A stretch of 64,000 nucleotides of DNA from Eubacteriales bacterium (GTDB lineage: Bacteria; Bacillota; Clostridia; Oscillospirales; CAG-382), in the NCBI GenBank assembly GCA_045539625.1, contig JAZQFS010000028.1, forward strand, positions 42,750 through 106,749, written 5' to 3'. Made by a program: the position numbers and the translations under genes. This document shows positions 1-10,600 of the stretch, one piece after another; the stretch's first letter is position 1; each line of letters begins with the position of its first letter. Below the pieces are notes generated by a model, which saw only the letters and a list, made by a program, of their open reading frames with translations, was not told the DNA's origin and did no database searches.

Positions 1-1
1 C

Positions 2-289
2 TACGGAAAAAATCCCGATAAGGTTATACTGTTCTCGGCAAAAAAGAGCACAGACGGTGTGACACCTGAGGATAAGTATATTATAAAGCTGCACGACAGA
101 GCTTTTTCTGCTGACGGTGAGCTTACGGCTGAAATTTGTGCGTATCTTGACGAAAACGGTATCAGCTATAAAAAAACGGTGGAGGGTGACGGAGATACTG
201 CACTTGCTTCTCTTTCTCAGGCAGTGTCATGTCCTGACTGTGCAAGCATCTGCGTTCCTGTTTTCCATAACCGTGTGATAGTCAGGTAA
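2..289 (+). CDS. 3' end of a hypothetical protein gene that probably starts upstream of the window
   Basis: Frame is open from base 2 to TAA at 287-289. The ORF track shows only a GTG-initiated 76-aa tail. No motif recognised. Confidence 0.35.
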   Translation, partial: YGKNPDKVILFSAKKSTDGVTPEDKYIIKLHDRAFSADGELTAEICAYLDENGISYKKTVEGDGDTALASLSQAVSCPDCASICVPVFHNRVIVR

Positions 290-295
290 AAAAAC

Positions 296-324
296 TTGCA
301 TTTTTACCGTGTGTGTGATATAAT
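296..324 (+). promoter_or_regulatory. sigma-A type promoter for the yybS-like/gdpP operon
   Basis: TTGCAT (296-301), 17-nt spacer, TG-extended TATAAT (319-324), about 34 nt before the ATG at 358. Confidence 0.55.
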
Positions 325-357
325 AATACGATAATTACTTTACGAAGAGGAAAATAC

Positions 358-1716
358 ATGGCTCAGTTCAATTATCCCGAAATGGGCGAAAACAGAATAA
401 AAGATGTGGGAGTTATTGAAAACTGCGTGTATTCCCAGCTTATGTCACAGCAGAGAAAAGAGCACTCTCTTTTGTACCACCTTTTGTATGCGGTATTTGC
501 AGGTATTCTCGGATACCTTGCTGTTGACAGCGGTATTCTCGGCACGTTTGCCGGAGTGGGTACACTTGCAATGTTCCTGTTTCCTGCACTTTTTAGCTAT
601 ACGTTGTTGTTTTCACCTATGTTTTGCAAGGCGTTGGGTACGCTTTTGCCGCTTGTGCTGTATGGAGTAAGATTTTTTGCCATACCGATGGCTTATGACG
701 GCTATGAACGCTTTGTGCTGTCGTCGATCACTTACTTTATGTGTTTTGTGACGGCTGTGGTGTTTTGCGTTACGGCATACGGAAGAAAGACAAAGCTGTG
801 GTGCTTTACGGCGGTGACAGCGGTAACGGCGTCGGCTTTTCTTGTTGCGGGACTGATTTTTCTTATATACACTAAGGGAAGTGCTGACATATCACTTGCC
901 GTTGGAATGATAAATGACGGAATAAATAATATGACAGCAACCTTTAAGGAAGCACTTGTGCAGGAATTCTCCGACAGCAGCCGCTTTGAAAGCTTTAAAC
1001 TGTTGATTCCCGAAATAGGAGAAATGACAGAGGATACGGCGGCGTCATTCCTTGCAGAGACCTTTAAAAGCAGTCTTTCCACACTTAAAATGCTGATCCC
1101 GTCGCTGTTTATTCTTTCGTGTATGGTTTACGGCTTTATTTTTACGGAAATTTTTTCGCTGGTGGCAAAGTATCATAAGATGCCGCTGTTTGTTTGCATT
1201 ATGGACAGACATTGGTGCTACAGAATTCCGTCAAGCTGTATTACGTTTTTCGATATAATTTTGCTGTTTGTCATAATTGGAAGTATTTTCGGTTTACCTT
1301 CAAGCGTTGCGGCATCGGTTATGAATCTGCTTCTCATAATGCTTCCCGTGGTGACAATGGCAACCTTTAAAGCAATTCACTTTTTCCTGTACGGCTCGCT
1401 CCGTTCAAAGGCAGTAGCATATCTTTTGTGTGCTGTTATAGCAGTTGTGCCGATGATGTTCCTGGGAATGTGGGGATATCTTCTGCTTTGCTCGCTGGGA
1501 GTTTCTTTTGTGGCACAGAGATACCGCATTGAAGGCGAGGCAGCAAAGGTAAAAATCAGAAGCGACACAGAGCTTATGCTCATAATGTGCGGTTTAAAAG
1601 AAATACCCGTCAGGAACGACGGAACGCAAAAACCGCAAACAGACGGCGAAGAAACAGAAAACGGCAGTATTACCGACAATAATCAGGACGGCGAAAATTC
1701 CGACGGTGCACATTAA
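358..1716 (+). CDS. DUF2232/YybS-like polytopic membrane protein
   Basis: 452 aa with many hydrophobic helices and an acidic C-terminal tail. Lies directly upstream of gdpP, as yybS does in Bacillus. Confidence 0.55.
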   Translation: MAQFNYPEMGENRIKDVGVIENCVYSQLMSQQRKEHSLLYHLLYAVFAGILGYLAVDSGILGTFAGVGTLAMFLFPALFSYTLLFSPMFCKALGTLLPLVLYGVRFFAIPMAYDGYERFVLSSITYFMCFVTAVVFCVTAYGRKTKLWCFTAVTAVTASAFLVAGLIFLIYTKGSADISLAVGMINDGINNMTATFKEALVQEFSDSSRFESFKLLIPEIGEMTEDTAASFLAETFKSSLSTLKMLIPSLFILSCMVYGFIFTEIFSLVAKYHKMPLFVCIMDRHWCYRIPSSCITFFDIILLFVIIGSIFGLPSSVAASVMNLLLIMLPVVTMATFKAIHFFLYGSLRSKAVAYLLCAVIAVVPMMFLGMWGYLLLCSLGVSFVAQRYRIEGEAAKVKIRSDTELMLIMCGLKEIPVRNDGTQKPQTDGEETENGSITDNNQDGENSDGAH

Positions 1717-1751
1717 GCACCCATAACATAAAGCAAAAATCCTTTTCGGAG

Positions 1752-3752
1752 GTGACTTTTTTGAAGAACTACGGCAAATTTATGAAGATCATAAAAAAGC
1801 GAAGAATTGCCATGTATGCTGCCATAATACTTTTTGCGGCGGCAGTATGCTCTTCCTTTATCAATAAGAGTGCATTTGCGGTAAACTCTGCGGCGTTTGC
1901 GGTATATTCGGCACTTTTTGCTTACACGGTAATCCGAGAGGCTAATTCTTCAAGACTTGCTTCGGACAGTCCCATGCTTTCGGCAATGACTCTTGATTTT
2001 GTTACGGGACTTTCAAAGCCTGTTGTAATAGTCAACAAAAACTGTGAAATCACCTGGTATAACAGACAGTTCCTTGAGCTGACAGGCGTGAAGGGTGCGC
2101 TGTACGGCAAAAATATTGCCGAGGATATCAGCCATAACCTTAATGCCGCAAGACTTTTCAGTCAGGAAAACTGCGAATTCGAAATAACCTTCAATGAAAG
2201 ACAGTATCGTATTAACTGCAGTAATGTGCTTTCCTCACGTAAGAGCTACTGCGTTATGATGTGGGATGACTGTACGGAGCTTCACAGAACAAAGCTGCTG
2301 CTTGATTCACAGGACGCAATATGCGCTTTTATTGTAATTGATAACTTTTCGGAAGCAATGCAGTTTGTTCAGGATAAAAGCAGAACGGCGGCAGCCGTAA
2401 TCGGCTCGGCACTTGACAGATGGTGCGTATCTCTCGGCGGCATTATAAAGGAATACGACAGAGAAAAGTACATGATTGTTTTTGAAAAGGGCAAGCTTGA
2501 GCACCTTCAGGAAAACAAATTTGACATACTTGACACTATTCGTTCCATCACGGTGGACGATGCTGCAATGCAGTTTACCGCATCAATCGGTATCGGTGCA
2601 ATAAGCGGAACTCTTACGGAAAAGGAAGCGGCAAGCCGCGCGGCGCTTGATCTTGCACTTCAGCGAGGCGGCGACCAGGCAATTGTCAAAACCGAGGCGA
2701 CAACAGAATTTTACGGCGGCAGAAGCCAGACGGTGCAGAAAAAGACAAAGGTAAGAAGCCGTGTTGTTGCAAACGAGCTGTGCTCACTGATTAAGCAAAG
2801 CTCAAACGTGCTTGTTATGGGACATAAGTATGCAGACCATGACTGTATTGCATCAAGTGTTGCCGTGGCAAGAATAGCAAAGCATCTGGGCAAACAGGTA
2901 AACGTTATTGTAAATATTCACGACTTTAACCTCAAGGCAATTTTCAACAGTATGAGAGGTGCTGATGAATATAACGATTTGTTTATTGACAGAGAAAACG
3001 CACAGGAGCTTATGAGCTCGGATACACTTCTTGTAGTGTGCGACGTCAATAACGTAAATCTTTTTGAAGTGCCTGAAATTTACCTTGCCTGCTCAAAATT
3101 TGTGGTAATTGACCACCACAGAAAGACGGCAGAATTTACAAATGAGCCTGAGATTGCATATATCGAGCCTGCAGCATCGTCGGTATCAGAGCTTATGTGC
3201 GAAATTCTGGAACAAATTCTCAACCCGGGTGATCTTCCTGTTGTGGAAGCCAACCTTATCTTCTCAGGTCTTATACTTGATACCAAGCAGTTTACCAAGA
3301 ACACAGGTGTCAGAACCTTCGGTGCAGCACAGTATCTGCGTGGCGAGGGAGCAAACCCCTATGATGCACAAAAGCTCTTCAGAACAAGTGCCGAGGATTT
3401 TATGAGAGAATCGCTGTTTGAAAACAATATACAGATTTACCGTGAGTGTATTGCAATTTCCACCTATGAATCGGACGACGGCAGAAGCAGTGACAGAATT
3501 GCGGCGGCAAAGGCGGCAGACCGACTTCTGTCAATCGAAGGAGTATCGGCTTCCTTTGTGCTTTGTACGGTGGGCGAGGAAATCAGCATAAGTGCACGAA
3601 GCGACGGAAACGTAAATGTTCAGCTTGTGCTTGAAGCACTTGGCGGCGGCGGACACTTTGATTCGGCAGGAGCTCAGGTTAAGGAAACCTCAATGGCAGA
3701 AACGCTCCGCCTGTTGAAGCAGTCCATAGACGATTATCTTAATGTTGCCTGA
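1752..3752 (+). CDS. gdpP: cyclic-di-AMP phosphodiesterase GdpP (DHH/DHHA1 family)
   Basis: Two N-terminal TM helices, a PAS-like region and a degenerate GGDEF region (SIGIG). DHH motifs VMGHKYADHDCIAS and VVIDHHR; DHHA1 motif GGGGH. Start uncertain: GGAGG at 1748-1752 favours the in-frame TTG at 1761. Confidence 0.85.
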   Translation: MTFLKNYGKFMKIIKKRRIAMYAAIILFAAAVCSSFINKSAFAVNSAAFAVYSALFAYTVIREANSSRLASDSPMLSAMTLDFVTGLSKPVVIVNKNCEITWYNRQFLELTGVKGALYGKNIAEDISHNLNAARLFSQENCEFEITFNERQYRINCSNVLSSRKSYCVMMWDDCTELHRTKLLLDSQDAICAFIVIDNFSEAMQFVQDKSRTAAAVIGSALDRWCVSLGGIIKEYDREKYMIVFEKGKLEHLQENKFDILDTIRSITVDDAAMQFTASIGIGAISGTLTEKEAASRAALDLALQRGGDQAIVKTEATTEFYGGRSQTVQKKTKVRSRVVANELCSLIKQSSNVLVMGHKYADHDCIASSVAVARIAKHLGKQVNVIVNIHDFNLKAIFNSMRGADEYNDLFIDRENAQELMSSDTLLVVCDVNNVNLFEVPEIYLACSKFVVIDHHRKTAEFTNEPEIAYIEPAASSVSELMCEILEQILNPGDLPVVEANLIFSGLILDTKQFTKNTGVRTFGAAQYLRGEGANPYDAQKLFRTSAEDFMRESLFENNIQIYRECIAISTYESDDGRSSDRIAAAKAADRLLSIEGVSASFVLCTVGEEISISARSDGNVNVQLVLEALGGGGHFDSAGAQVKETSMAETLRLLKQSIDDYLNVA

Positions 3753-3777
3753 CAGGGCAAAAGGAAAGAAGTAAATT

Positions 3778-4539
3778 ATGAATACTTGCAGAATTATATC
3801 CTTTGCCAACCAAAAGGGAGGCGTTGGAAAAACCACAAGTGCCGTAAATATTGCGGCGTGCGTTGCGGCACTGGGCAAAAGAGTGCTGCTTTGCGATTTT
3901 GACCCTCAGGGAAACGCTTCAAGCGGTGTGGGTGTTGACAAAGCGGGAGAATATACAGTATATGATGTGCTGATGGGTGAAAACCCGTATGAAGCACTTG
4001 TAAAGACGGAATATGAAAACCTTGACTGTCTGCCCTCATCTATGAGCCTTGCAGGTGCAGAGCTTGAAATAGCAGACGAAAACAAGCGTGAAGCAAAGCT
4101 TAAGACGGCACTTGATATGCTCCGTCCCGATTACGATTACATATTTATAGACTGCCCTCCGTCGCTGGGACTTCTTACAATCAACGCTCTTTGTGCTTCA
4201 GACGGCGTAATTGTGCCCATGCAGTGCGAATATTTTGCACTTGAAGGCTTAAGCCAGCTTATGAAGACGCTTTCCATTGTAAGAAACAAGTATAACCCAC
4301 GTCTGTCTCTTGACGGAGTTGTGGTTACAATGTTTGACGGCAGACTCAATCTTTCTCTTCAGGTGTTGGAGGAAATCAAAAAGCATCTTCCCGGTAAGCT
4401 CTTTAAGACGCCTGTTCCAAGAAACGTAAGGTTGTCGGAAGCACCAAGCTACGGTATGCCCATCAAATACTACGATAAGCACTCAAAGGGTGCGGCGGCG
4501 TATGACAGTATTGCGGCAGAGCTTGTTGAGAGGTTTTAA
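3778..4539 (+). CDS. soj: ParA/Soj family chromosome-partitioning ATPase
   Basis: Deviant Walker A NQKGGVGKTT; 253 aa, typical Soj length. Confidence 0.85.
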   Translation: MNTCRIISFANQKGGVGKTTSAVNIAACVAALGKRVLLCDFDPQGNASSGVGVDKAGEYTVYDVLMGENPYEALVKTEYENLDCLPSSMSLAGAELEIADENKREAKLKTALDMLRPDYDYIFIDCPPSLGLLTINALCASDGVIVPMQCEYFALEGLSQLMKTLSIVRNKYNPRLSLDGVVVTMFDGRLNLSLQVLEEIKKHLPGKLFKTPVPRNVRLSEAPSYGMPIKYYDKHSKGAAAYDSIAAELVERF

Positions 4540-4556
4540 TTCCAAAGGAGAAATAA

Positions 4557-5687
4557 ATGAAGCATAATACAGTTAAAATTCTTGCCGCATTTTTGATGGC
4601 AGTATCGGTTTTGCTTATGTATTCGGGCTGTGAAAAGCAGGCAGAGGAAGCTTTGCAGGACAACAATGTGCCTGTTGTAAATGTGACTGAGACCGAAAAT
4701 GAAGCTGAAGTGTCCACAGAGAATGAAACACAGCAGGAACAGGTGCAGCAGCCTGAGACACCTGCTTTCATAAATCCGCTGTCAGGCGAAGCCTGCAGTG
4801 AAGAAACTGTCAGCACAAGACCTGTTGCCATAATGATAAACAATATCAAGGCGGCAATGCCTCAGATTGGAGTGTCGGAGGCGGAAATAGTATACGAAAT
4901 ACTTGAAGAAGGCGGAATAACAAGACTTCTTTGCGTATATAACGACTATAAGAGTATTCCCGAAATAGGCTCGGTGCGCTCGGCAAGAGATTATTATATT
5001 GATGTTGCAAATGCACATGATGCCGTTTATGTTCATGCAGGCGGAAGCGTTTACGCAAAAGAAGCGCTTGCAACGGGAAAAACCGACCATCTTGACGGTC
5101 TTTACCTTGACCACTTTTACAGAAGTGCCGAAAGACGTAAGACAATGGCAAAAGAGCATACCCTCATGATAAGCGGTGACGGCATTGTCAAGAATATGCA
5201 GACAAAAAAATACAGACAGACAACCGATGCCCCCCAGCCTCTTGCTTTCGGTGCACACTGCCCGAGTGGTGAGGACGCCGTTTATGTTGAAATTCCCTTC
5301 TCAATGGCGTTTAAGACAAATCCCTATGCCCTTTCATTTTTCAACTATGTTCCCGAAAAGGGTACGTACAGTAAGGCACATTACGGTACAGACCACATCG
5401 ACGGCGATGACGGTGAAATTCTGTCCTTTACCAACCTTTTAACCTTGGAGTGTGCTCACAGCGTAATTCCGGGCGATGCCAACGGCTGTATCAAGGTAAA
5501 CTTTACGGGAAGTGGCAAGGGTAAATATTTTACAGGCGGAAAGTATAAGGAAATAGTGTGGAAAAAGCAGTCGAGAACGTCATCCTATACGCTTTATGAG
5601 GCTGACGGAGAAACGCCTCTGTTGCTTAATCCGGGCAAGAGCTATATTGCAATAGTTCCCATAAACACCAAAATAACCGTCAAATAG
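4557..5687 (+). CDS. DUF3048 (YerB-like) lipoprotein
   Basis: Signal peptide with lipobox (LMYSGC). Stretch RPVAIMINN...SEAEIVYEILEEGGITRLLCVY matches my memory of the DUF3048 N-domain. Confidence 0.65.
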   Translation: MKHNTVKILAAFLMAVSVLLMYSGCEKQAEEALQDNNVPVVNVTETENEAEVSTENETQQEQVQQPETPAFINPLSGEACSEETVSTRPVAIMINNIKAAMPQIGVSEAEIVYEILEEGGITRLLCVYNDYKSIPEIGSVRSARDYYIDVANAHDAVYVHAGGSVYAKEALATGKTDHLDGLYLDHFYRSAERRKTMAKEHTLMISGDGIVKNMQTKKYRQTTDAPQPLAFGAHCPSGEDAVYVEIPFSMAFKTNPYALSFFNYVPEKGTYSKAHYGTDHIDGDDGEILSFTNLLTLECAHSVIPGDANGCIKVNFTGSGKGKYFTGGKYKEIVWKKQSRTSSYTLYEADGETPLLLNPGKSYIAIVPINTKITVK

Positions 5688-5723
5688 TTAAGCAAATAAT
5701 TTCACATAGAAGGACTTGAAAAA

Positions 5724-7433
5724 ATGAATGAAAAACTTTTAGTGGCAGAAAAGCTTATGGCACTTATCCCCGATATGACAGCCGAGGATATTGCGGCAAT
5801 GCTTGAATATCCTGCCGACAAAAAAATGGGAGACCTTGCGCTTCCTTGCTTTAAGCTGAGCAAGATTTTGCGTAAAGCGCCGCCTATGATTGCAAACTCC
5901 CTTAAAGAAGGCATCGATGCCGATGAAAGCTGCAAGGGCATTTTCGATGACGTGCAGAGCGTTAACGGATACCTTAACTTCTTTATCAGCAAAGGCAGCC
6001 TTGTGAAGGATCTTGAGGCAATCTTCACTAACGAAAACTATGGCTCAAGTGACAAGGGTAAGGGCAAAACAATAGTTATTGACTACTCTTCACCCAACGT
6101 TGCAAAGCCTTTCCATATAGGACACCTGCGTTCCACAGTTATCGGTCAGTCCATAAAGAATCTGCATAAGTTCTGCGGATATGAATGTGTTGGCGTAAAC
6201 CATTTGGGAGACTGGGGCACACAGTTCGGTAAGCTTATTGTTGCATATAAAAAATGGGGCAGTAAAGAAAGAATCGAAAACGGCGGAATTGATGCGCTTG
6301 TGGAAATATATGTTAAATTCCACGAGGAAGCAGAAAAAAAGCCCACTCTCAATGATGAGGCAAGAGCGGCATTTACCGCAATGGAAAACGGCGACGAGGA
6401 ATGTCTGTCTCTTTGGAAGTGGTTTATTGAAATTTCCATAAACGAGTACAAAAAGACGTATGCTCTTATCGGAGCGGATTTTGAAAGCTGGAATGGCGAA
6501 AGCTTTTACTTTGACAAGACAGACAGAGTTGTAAGTGAGCTTCGTGAAAAGCAGCTTCTCACTGTGGATGACGGTGCTGAAATCGTCAAGCTTGACGATT
6601 ATAATATGCCTCCCTGTCTTATTCTCAAATCCGATGGCTCAACAATCTACGCAACCCGTGATATTGCGGCGGCTATTTACCGTAAGGAAACATATAACTT
6701 TGATAAGTGTATCTACGTTACAAGTGCAGGACAGTCACTTCACTTTGCACAGTTCTTCAAGGTTATCGGTCTTATGGGCTATGAGTGGGCAAAGGATATG
6801 GTGCACGTGCCCTTCGGTACGGTAAGTATTGAGGGTGCAAAGCTTGCAACAAGAACAGGTAATGTTGTGCTTCTTGACGATATTTTCAAGACAGCAACGG
6901 CAAAGACTCTTGAAATCATAAATCAAAAGAATCCCGATCTTGAAAATAAAGAAGAGGTTGCAAGTGCTGTCGGCGTTGGTGCTGTTGTGTTCCACGACCT
7001 TTCCAATAACAGAATCAAGGACGTAAACTTTATGTGGGACGAGGTGCTTAACTTCGACGGCAATACAGGTCCTTACGTTCAGTATACCTACGCAAGATGC
7101 TGCGGCGTGCTTGAAAAGTCACCCGAAACACTTGAAATTAAGCCCGAAAACAACTTCGTTCTTACCGAAGAAGCAGAGGCTAACCTTATCAAGACCTTAA
7201 AACTCTTCCCCGATAAGGTTGAAAGCGCAAGAAAAGAGCTTGAGCCCTCCTTTATCGCAAGATATCTGCTTGATGTTTGTGCAGACTTTAACCGTTTCTA
7301 TCACGATTGCCCCGTACTTAAGTGCGAGGATAAGGCGGTAAAGGACACACGTATTGCGCTTGTTAAGGCGACAAGCATTGTTTTAAAGAACGGACTTACG
7401 CTTATCGGTCTTAAGACACCTAAAAACATCTGA
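5724..7433 (+). CDS. argS: arginine--tRNA ligase
   Basis: 569 aa; class I HIGH motif (PFHIGHLRST); overall ArgS-like N- and C-terminal domains. Confidence 0.93.
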   Translation: MNEKLLVAEKLMALIPDMTAEDIAAMLEYPADKKMGDLALPCFKLSKILRKAPPMIANSLKEGIDADESCKGIFDDVQSVNGYLNFFISKGSLVKDLEAIFTNENYGSSDKGKGKTIVIDYSSPNVAKPFHIGHLRSTVIGQSIKNLHKFCGYECVGVNHLGDWGTQFGKLIVAYKKWGSKERIENGGIDALVEIYVKFHEEAEKKPTLNDEARAAFTAMENGDEECLSLWKWFIEISINEYKKTYALIGADFESWNGESFYFDKTDRVVSELREKQLLTVDDGAEIVKLDDYNMPPCLILKSDGSTIYATRDIAAAIYRKETYNFDKCIYVTSAGQSLHFAQFFKVIGLMGYEWAKDMVHVPFGTVSIEGAKLATRTGNVVLLDDIFKTATAKTLEIINQKNPDLENKEEVASAVGVGAVVFHDLSNNRIKDVNFMWDEVLNFDGNTGPYVQYTYARCCGVLEKSPETLEIKPENNFVLTEEAEANLIKTLKLFPDKVESARKELEPSFIARYLLDVCADFNRFYHDCPVLKCEDKAVKDTRIALVKATSIVLKNGLTLIGLKTPKNI

Positions 7434-7469
7434 TAAAAGCTAATAAATAATTTTTAAGGAGATATATTT

Positions 7470-8195
7470 ATGTCAGGACATTCCAAGTGGAAAAACATTA
7501 TGCACAAGAAGGAAAAAACCGACCTTCAGCGTGCAAAGGTATTTACAAAAATCGGTAAAGAAATTGCAATGGCAGTAAGAGACGGCGGTCCCGATCCTGC
7601 GTCAAACTCAAAGCTTGCTGACCTTATTGCAAAGGCTAAGGCAAACAACGTGCCCAACGACAACATTGACCGTGCCATCAAAAAAGCAAGCGGTGCTGAC
7701 GGCGGAGTAAACTACGAAGTAATTATGTACGAGGGCTACGGTCCTTCAGGCGTTGCGGTAATTGTTGAAACAACAACCGACAACAGAAACAGAACAGGTG
7801 CCGATATGCGTCACTACTTTGACAAGTACGGCGGAAACCTCGGACAGACAGGCTGCGTGTCCTATATGTTCAGCGACAAGGGTGTTATTGCCATTGATGC
7901 GGAAGGTATTGACGAAGAAAAGCTTATGGAAGATGCGCTTGAAGCAGGAGCTGAAGACATTTCCGGTGAAGAAGGCGTGTTTGAAATTACAACAGAGCCC
8001 TCCGACTTTTCTGCAGTTGCGGCTGCTCTTACCGAAAAGGGTTATAAGTTCATTTCCGCAGAACAGAGTAAGATTCCCGCAAACTATGTGACACTTGACG
8101 ATGAGGATGCTGTCAAGAATATGGAAAAGCTTCTTGATATGTTTGACGAAAACGATGACGTTACAAACGTTTGGCATAACTGGGAACAGGAATAA
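7470..8195 (+). CDS. yebC: YebC/PmpR family DNA-binding transcriptional regulator
   Basis: N-terminus MSGHSKWKNIMHKK is family-diagnostic; 241 aa. Confidence 0.9.
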   Translation: MSGHSKWKNIMHKKEKTDLQRAKVFTKIGKEIAMAVRDGGPDPASNSKLADLIAKAKANNVPNDNIDRAIKKASGADGGVNYEVIMYEGYGPSGVAVIVETTTDNRNRTGADMRHYFDKYGGNLGQTGCVSYMFSDKGVIAIDAEGIDEEKLMEDALEAGAEDISGEEGVFEITTEPSDFSAVAAALTEKGYKFISAEQSKIPANYVTLDDEDAVKNMEKLLDMFDENDDVTNVWHNWEQE

Positions 8196-8209
8196 TTTTA
8201 CATTTAATT

Positions 8210-8244
8210 TTCTCCGATTGGTGCTTGCCGTCGGAGAATTTTTT
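8210..8244 (+). terminator. rho-independent terminator after yebC
   Basis: Stem ttctccga (8210-8217) pairs with tcggagaa (8231-8238), followed by a T-run. Confidence 0.7.
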
Positions 8245-8362
8245 GTGCTCAAAACATAAAAAGAATACAAAATTTACATTTGTCTATTTAATAAAATAAC
8301 ATTATTGTGTAAAATAGTAGACGGAGTACTGTTTGTACACAAAATGAAGGGAGAAATGAAAA

Positions 8363-8701
8363 ATGGATTGCTTATTCTGTAAAATAATTAACGGAGAAAT
8401 ACCCTCATCAAAGGTTTATGAGGATGAATACGTATATGCTTTTAATGACATTAACCCCATGGCACCCGTTCATGTGCTGGTTGTACCTAAAAAGCATATA
8501 AAAAATGCCGATGAAATTGACGGCGAAAACAGCCTTTATGTAGCTAAGATTTTTGAAGCTGTTGCAAAAATTGCAAAACAGACAGGTCTTGAAAAGGGCT
8601 ACAGAGTTATAACAAACTGCGGCGAGGACGGCTGTCAGTCGGTAATGCACCTGCATTTCCATATTCTCGGCGGCAAGAAGCTTCCCGAAACCATGGCGTA
8701 A
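8363..8701 (+). CDS. HIT family (histidine triad) nucleotide hydrolase
   Basis: HLHFHILGG histidine triad; 112 aa. Confidence 0.88.
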   Translation: MDCLFCKIINGEIPSSKVYEDEYVYAFNDINPMAPVHVLVVPKKHIKNADEIDGENSLYVAKIFEAVAKIAKQTGLEKGYRVITNCGEDGCQSVMHLHFHILGGKKLPETMA

Positions 8702-8728
8702 ATTATTGAGAACAGCGAGGAAACATAA

Positions 8729-9268
8729 ATGGAATACTACAGACTTAAGGTTGCAGGTCTGGAAAGAGATTTGCCCATATGCCCCCTTAACGATAAAATA
8801 TCAATTGCAGGCTTTGTTATGCTTGGCGATTATGAGCTTACAGAGGCCTGTGCAAAGGCACTTCTTGAAAAGCTTCCTCAGTTTGACTATATGATAGCAC
8901 CTGAGGCAAAGTCCATAGGACTTATCAATGAAATGGCTCGCCTTTCGGGACAGAAAAAGCATTTTGTTGCACGTAAGGCACTTAAGGCTTATATGACAAA
9001 GCCTCTGTGCGTTACGGTAAACTCCATTACCACAAAGGGCTCTCAGACGCTTTATCTTGACGGTGCCGATGCGGATATGATAAAGGGCAAGAGAATAGCG
9101 ATAATTGACGATGTTATAAGCCTTGGCGACTCAATAAGAGCCGTTGAAGAGCTTGTTACAAAGGCAGGAGGAACAGTTGCCTGCCGTGCGGCGGTGCTTG
9201 CCGAAGGTGATGCTGCCGACAGAGACGATATCATTTATCTTGAAAAGCTGCCCCTTATATTCAACTGA
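8729..9268 (+). CDS. phosphoribosyltransferase family protein (purine/adenine PRT-like)
   Basis: PRPP-binding loop RIAIIDDVISLGDS; 179 aa. Confidence 0.6.
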   Translation: MEYYRLKVAGLERDLPICPLNDKISIAGFVMLGDYELTEACAKALLEKLPQFDYMIAPEAKSIGLINEMARLSGQKKHFVARKALKAYMTKPLCVTVNSITTKGSQTLYLDGADADMIKGKRIAIIDDVISLGDSIRAVEELVTKAGGTVACRAAVLAEGDAADRDDIIYLEKLPLIFN

Positions 9269-10599
9269 TGTCACAAAGAAAATTAAAGGCGGCTTTCTGT
9301 ACCTTGGGCTGCAGGGTGAATCAGTACGAAACACGTGCTGTTGAAGAAAGCTTTGAGGAAAAAGGCTTTGAAACAGCAAAGTTTACCGATGAATGTGACG
9401 TATACGTCATTAACACCTGCACAGTAACGGGCGAAAGCGACAGAAAATCACGACAAATGATACGCAGAGCCGTAAAGAACGGCAAAGGTAAGGCTGTTGT
9501 TGCGGTAATGGGCTGTATGTCTCAGGTAGATGCAAAGGCGGCGTCGCAAATTGAGGGCGTGTCAATAGTGCTGGGAAACGGCGAAAAGATGACCTGTGTT
9601 GACAGGGTTATGGCTCTTATGGGGACAGTCGGCGGCGAAGGAAGCGTTGATAACAGCCTTGTACCCGATATATACGGCTATGACAGTATAGAGGCAATGT
9701 CTGTTAAGGGAAGCGACAACACACGTGCGTTTCTCAAGGTGGTTGACGGCTGTGAAAATCATTGCTCCTACTGTATTATACCGTCGGCAAGAGGCAAGGT
9801 GCGTTCCAAAAAAGCACAAGATGTTGTAAATGAATGTTTTGACATTACCGACAAAGGCGGCTGCCGTGAAATTGTGCTTACAGGCATAGAAACGGCGGCA
9901 TACGGTAAGGATATTGGCACAGACCTTGCAAGTCTTGTTGAGAAGGTATCGCAGGTGGAGAAGGTAAAAAGAATCCGCCTCGGCTCGCTGGAGCCCACCG
10001 TGCTTAAAGAGGATTTTGTGAAAAGACTTTCCCGAATTCCCCAATTTATGCCTCACTTTCATCTGTCTTTGCAAAGCGGAAGCGACAGCGTTCTTGCGAG
10101 AATGAAGCGTAAGTATAATACAAAAATGTTTTACGAAAAACTGTGTCTTTTAAGGAAGTATTTTCCGCTTTGTCAGGTTACCACCGATATAATTGTGGGC
10201 TTCCCCGGTGAAACTCAGGCGGAATTTGAGCAAACGGTTGAGTTTGTGAAAAAGTGCGGATTTCTTTATGTGCACATTTTCCCGTATTCCGACAGAAAAG
10301 GCACGGCGGCAAGTGCAATGGAAGGTAAGCTTTCGGAGCAGACAAAGCAGGAGCGGGTAAAAGCTCTGGAAGACGTGATGTATAGGGTGAGGAATGAAAT
10401 TCTGACGGAGTATCTGGGAAAAGATATGCACATTCTCTGTGAAACAGACAAGAACGGTTATTACCATGGATATACAGAAAACTATATTGAAGCAAGAGTA
10501 AAAAATTGCGGCTATAAGCCAAACGATATTGTAAAGGTGACACTTATGCACATAGAAAACGGCGGAGAATATGTCACAGGCACATCTTTGGAGGAATAA
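9268..10599 (+). CDS. mtaB: tRNA (N6-threonylcarbamoyladenosine) methylthiotransferase MtaB
   Basis: N-terminal UPF0004 domain (TLGCRVNQYE, DVYVINTCTVT), radical SAM CENHCSYC, C-terminal TRAM-like region. Closely parallels my recollection of B. subtilis YqeV. Confidence 0.85.
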   Translation: MSQRKLKAAFCTLGCRVNQYETRAVEESFEEKGFETAKFTDECDVYVINTCTVTGESDRKSRQMIRRAVKNGKGKAVVAVMGCMSQVDAKAASQIEGVSIVLGNGEKMTCVDRVMALMGTVGGEGSVDNSLVPDIYGYDSIEAMSVKGSDNTRAFLKVVDGCENHCSYCIIPSARGKVRSKKAQDVVNECFDITDKGGCREIVLTGIETAAYGKDIGTDLASLVEKVSQVEKVKRIRLGSLEPTVLKEDFVKRLSRIPQFMPHFHLSLQSGSDSVLARMKRKYNTKMFYEKLCLLRKYFPLCQVTTDIIVGFPGETQAEFEQTVEFVKKCGFLYVHIFPYSDRKGTAASAMEGKLSEQTKQERVKALEDVMYRVRNEILTEYLGKDMHILCETDKNGYYHGYTENYIEARVKNCGYKPNDIVKVTLMHIENGGEYVTGTSLEE

Positions 10600-10600
10600 A

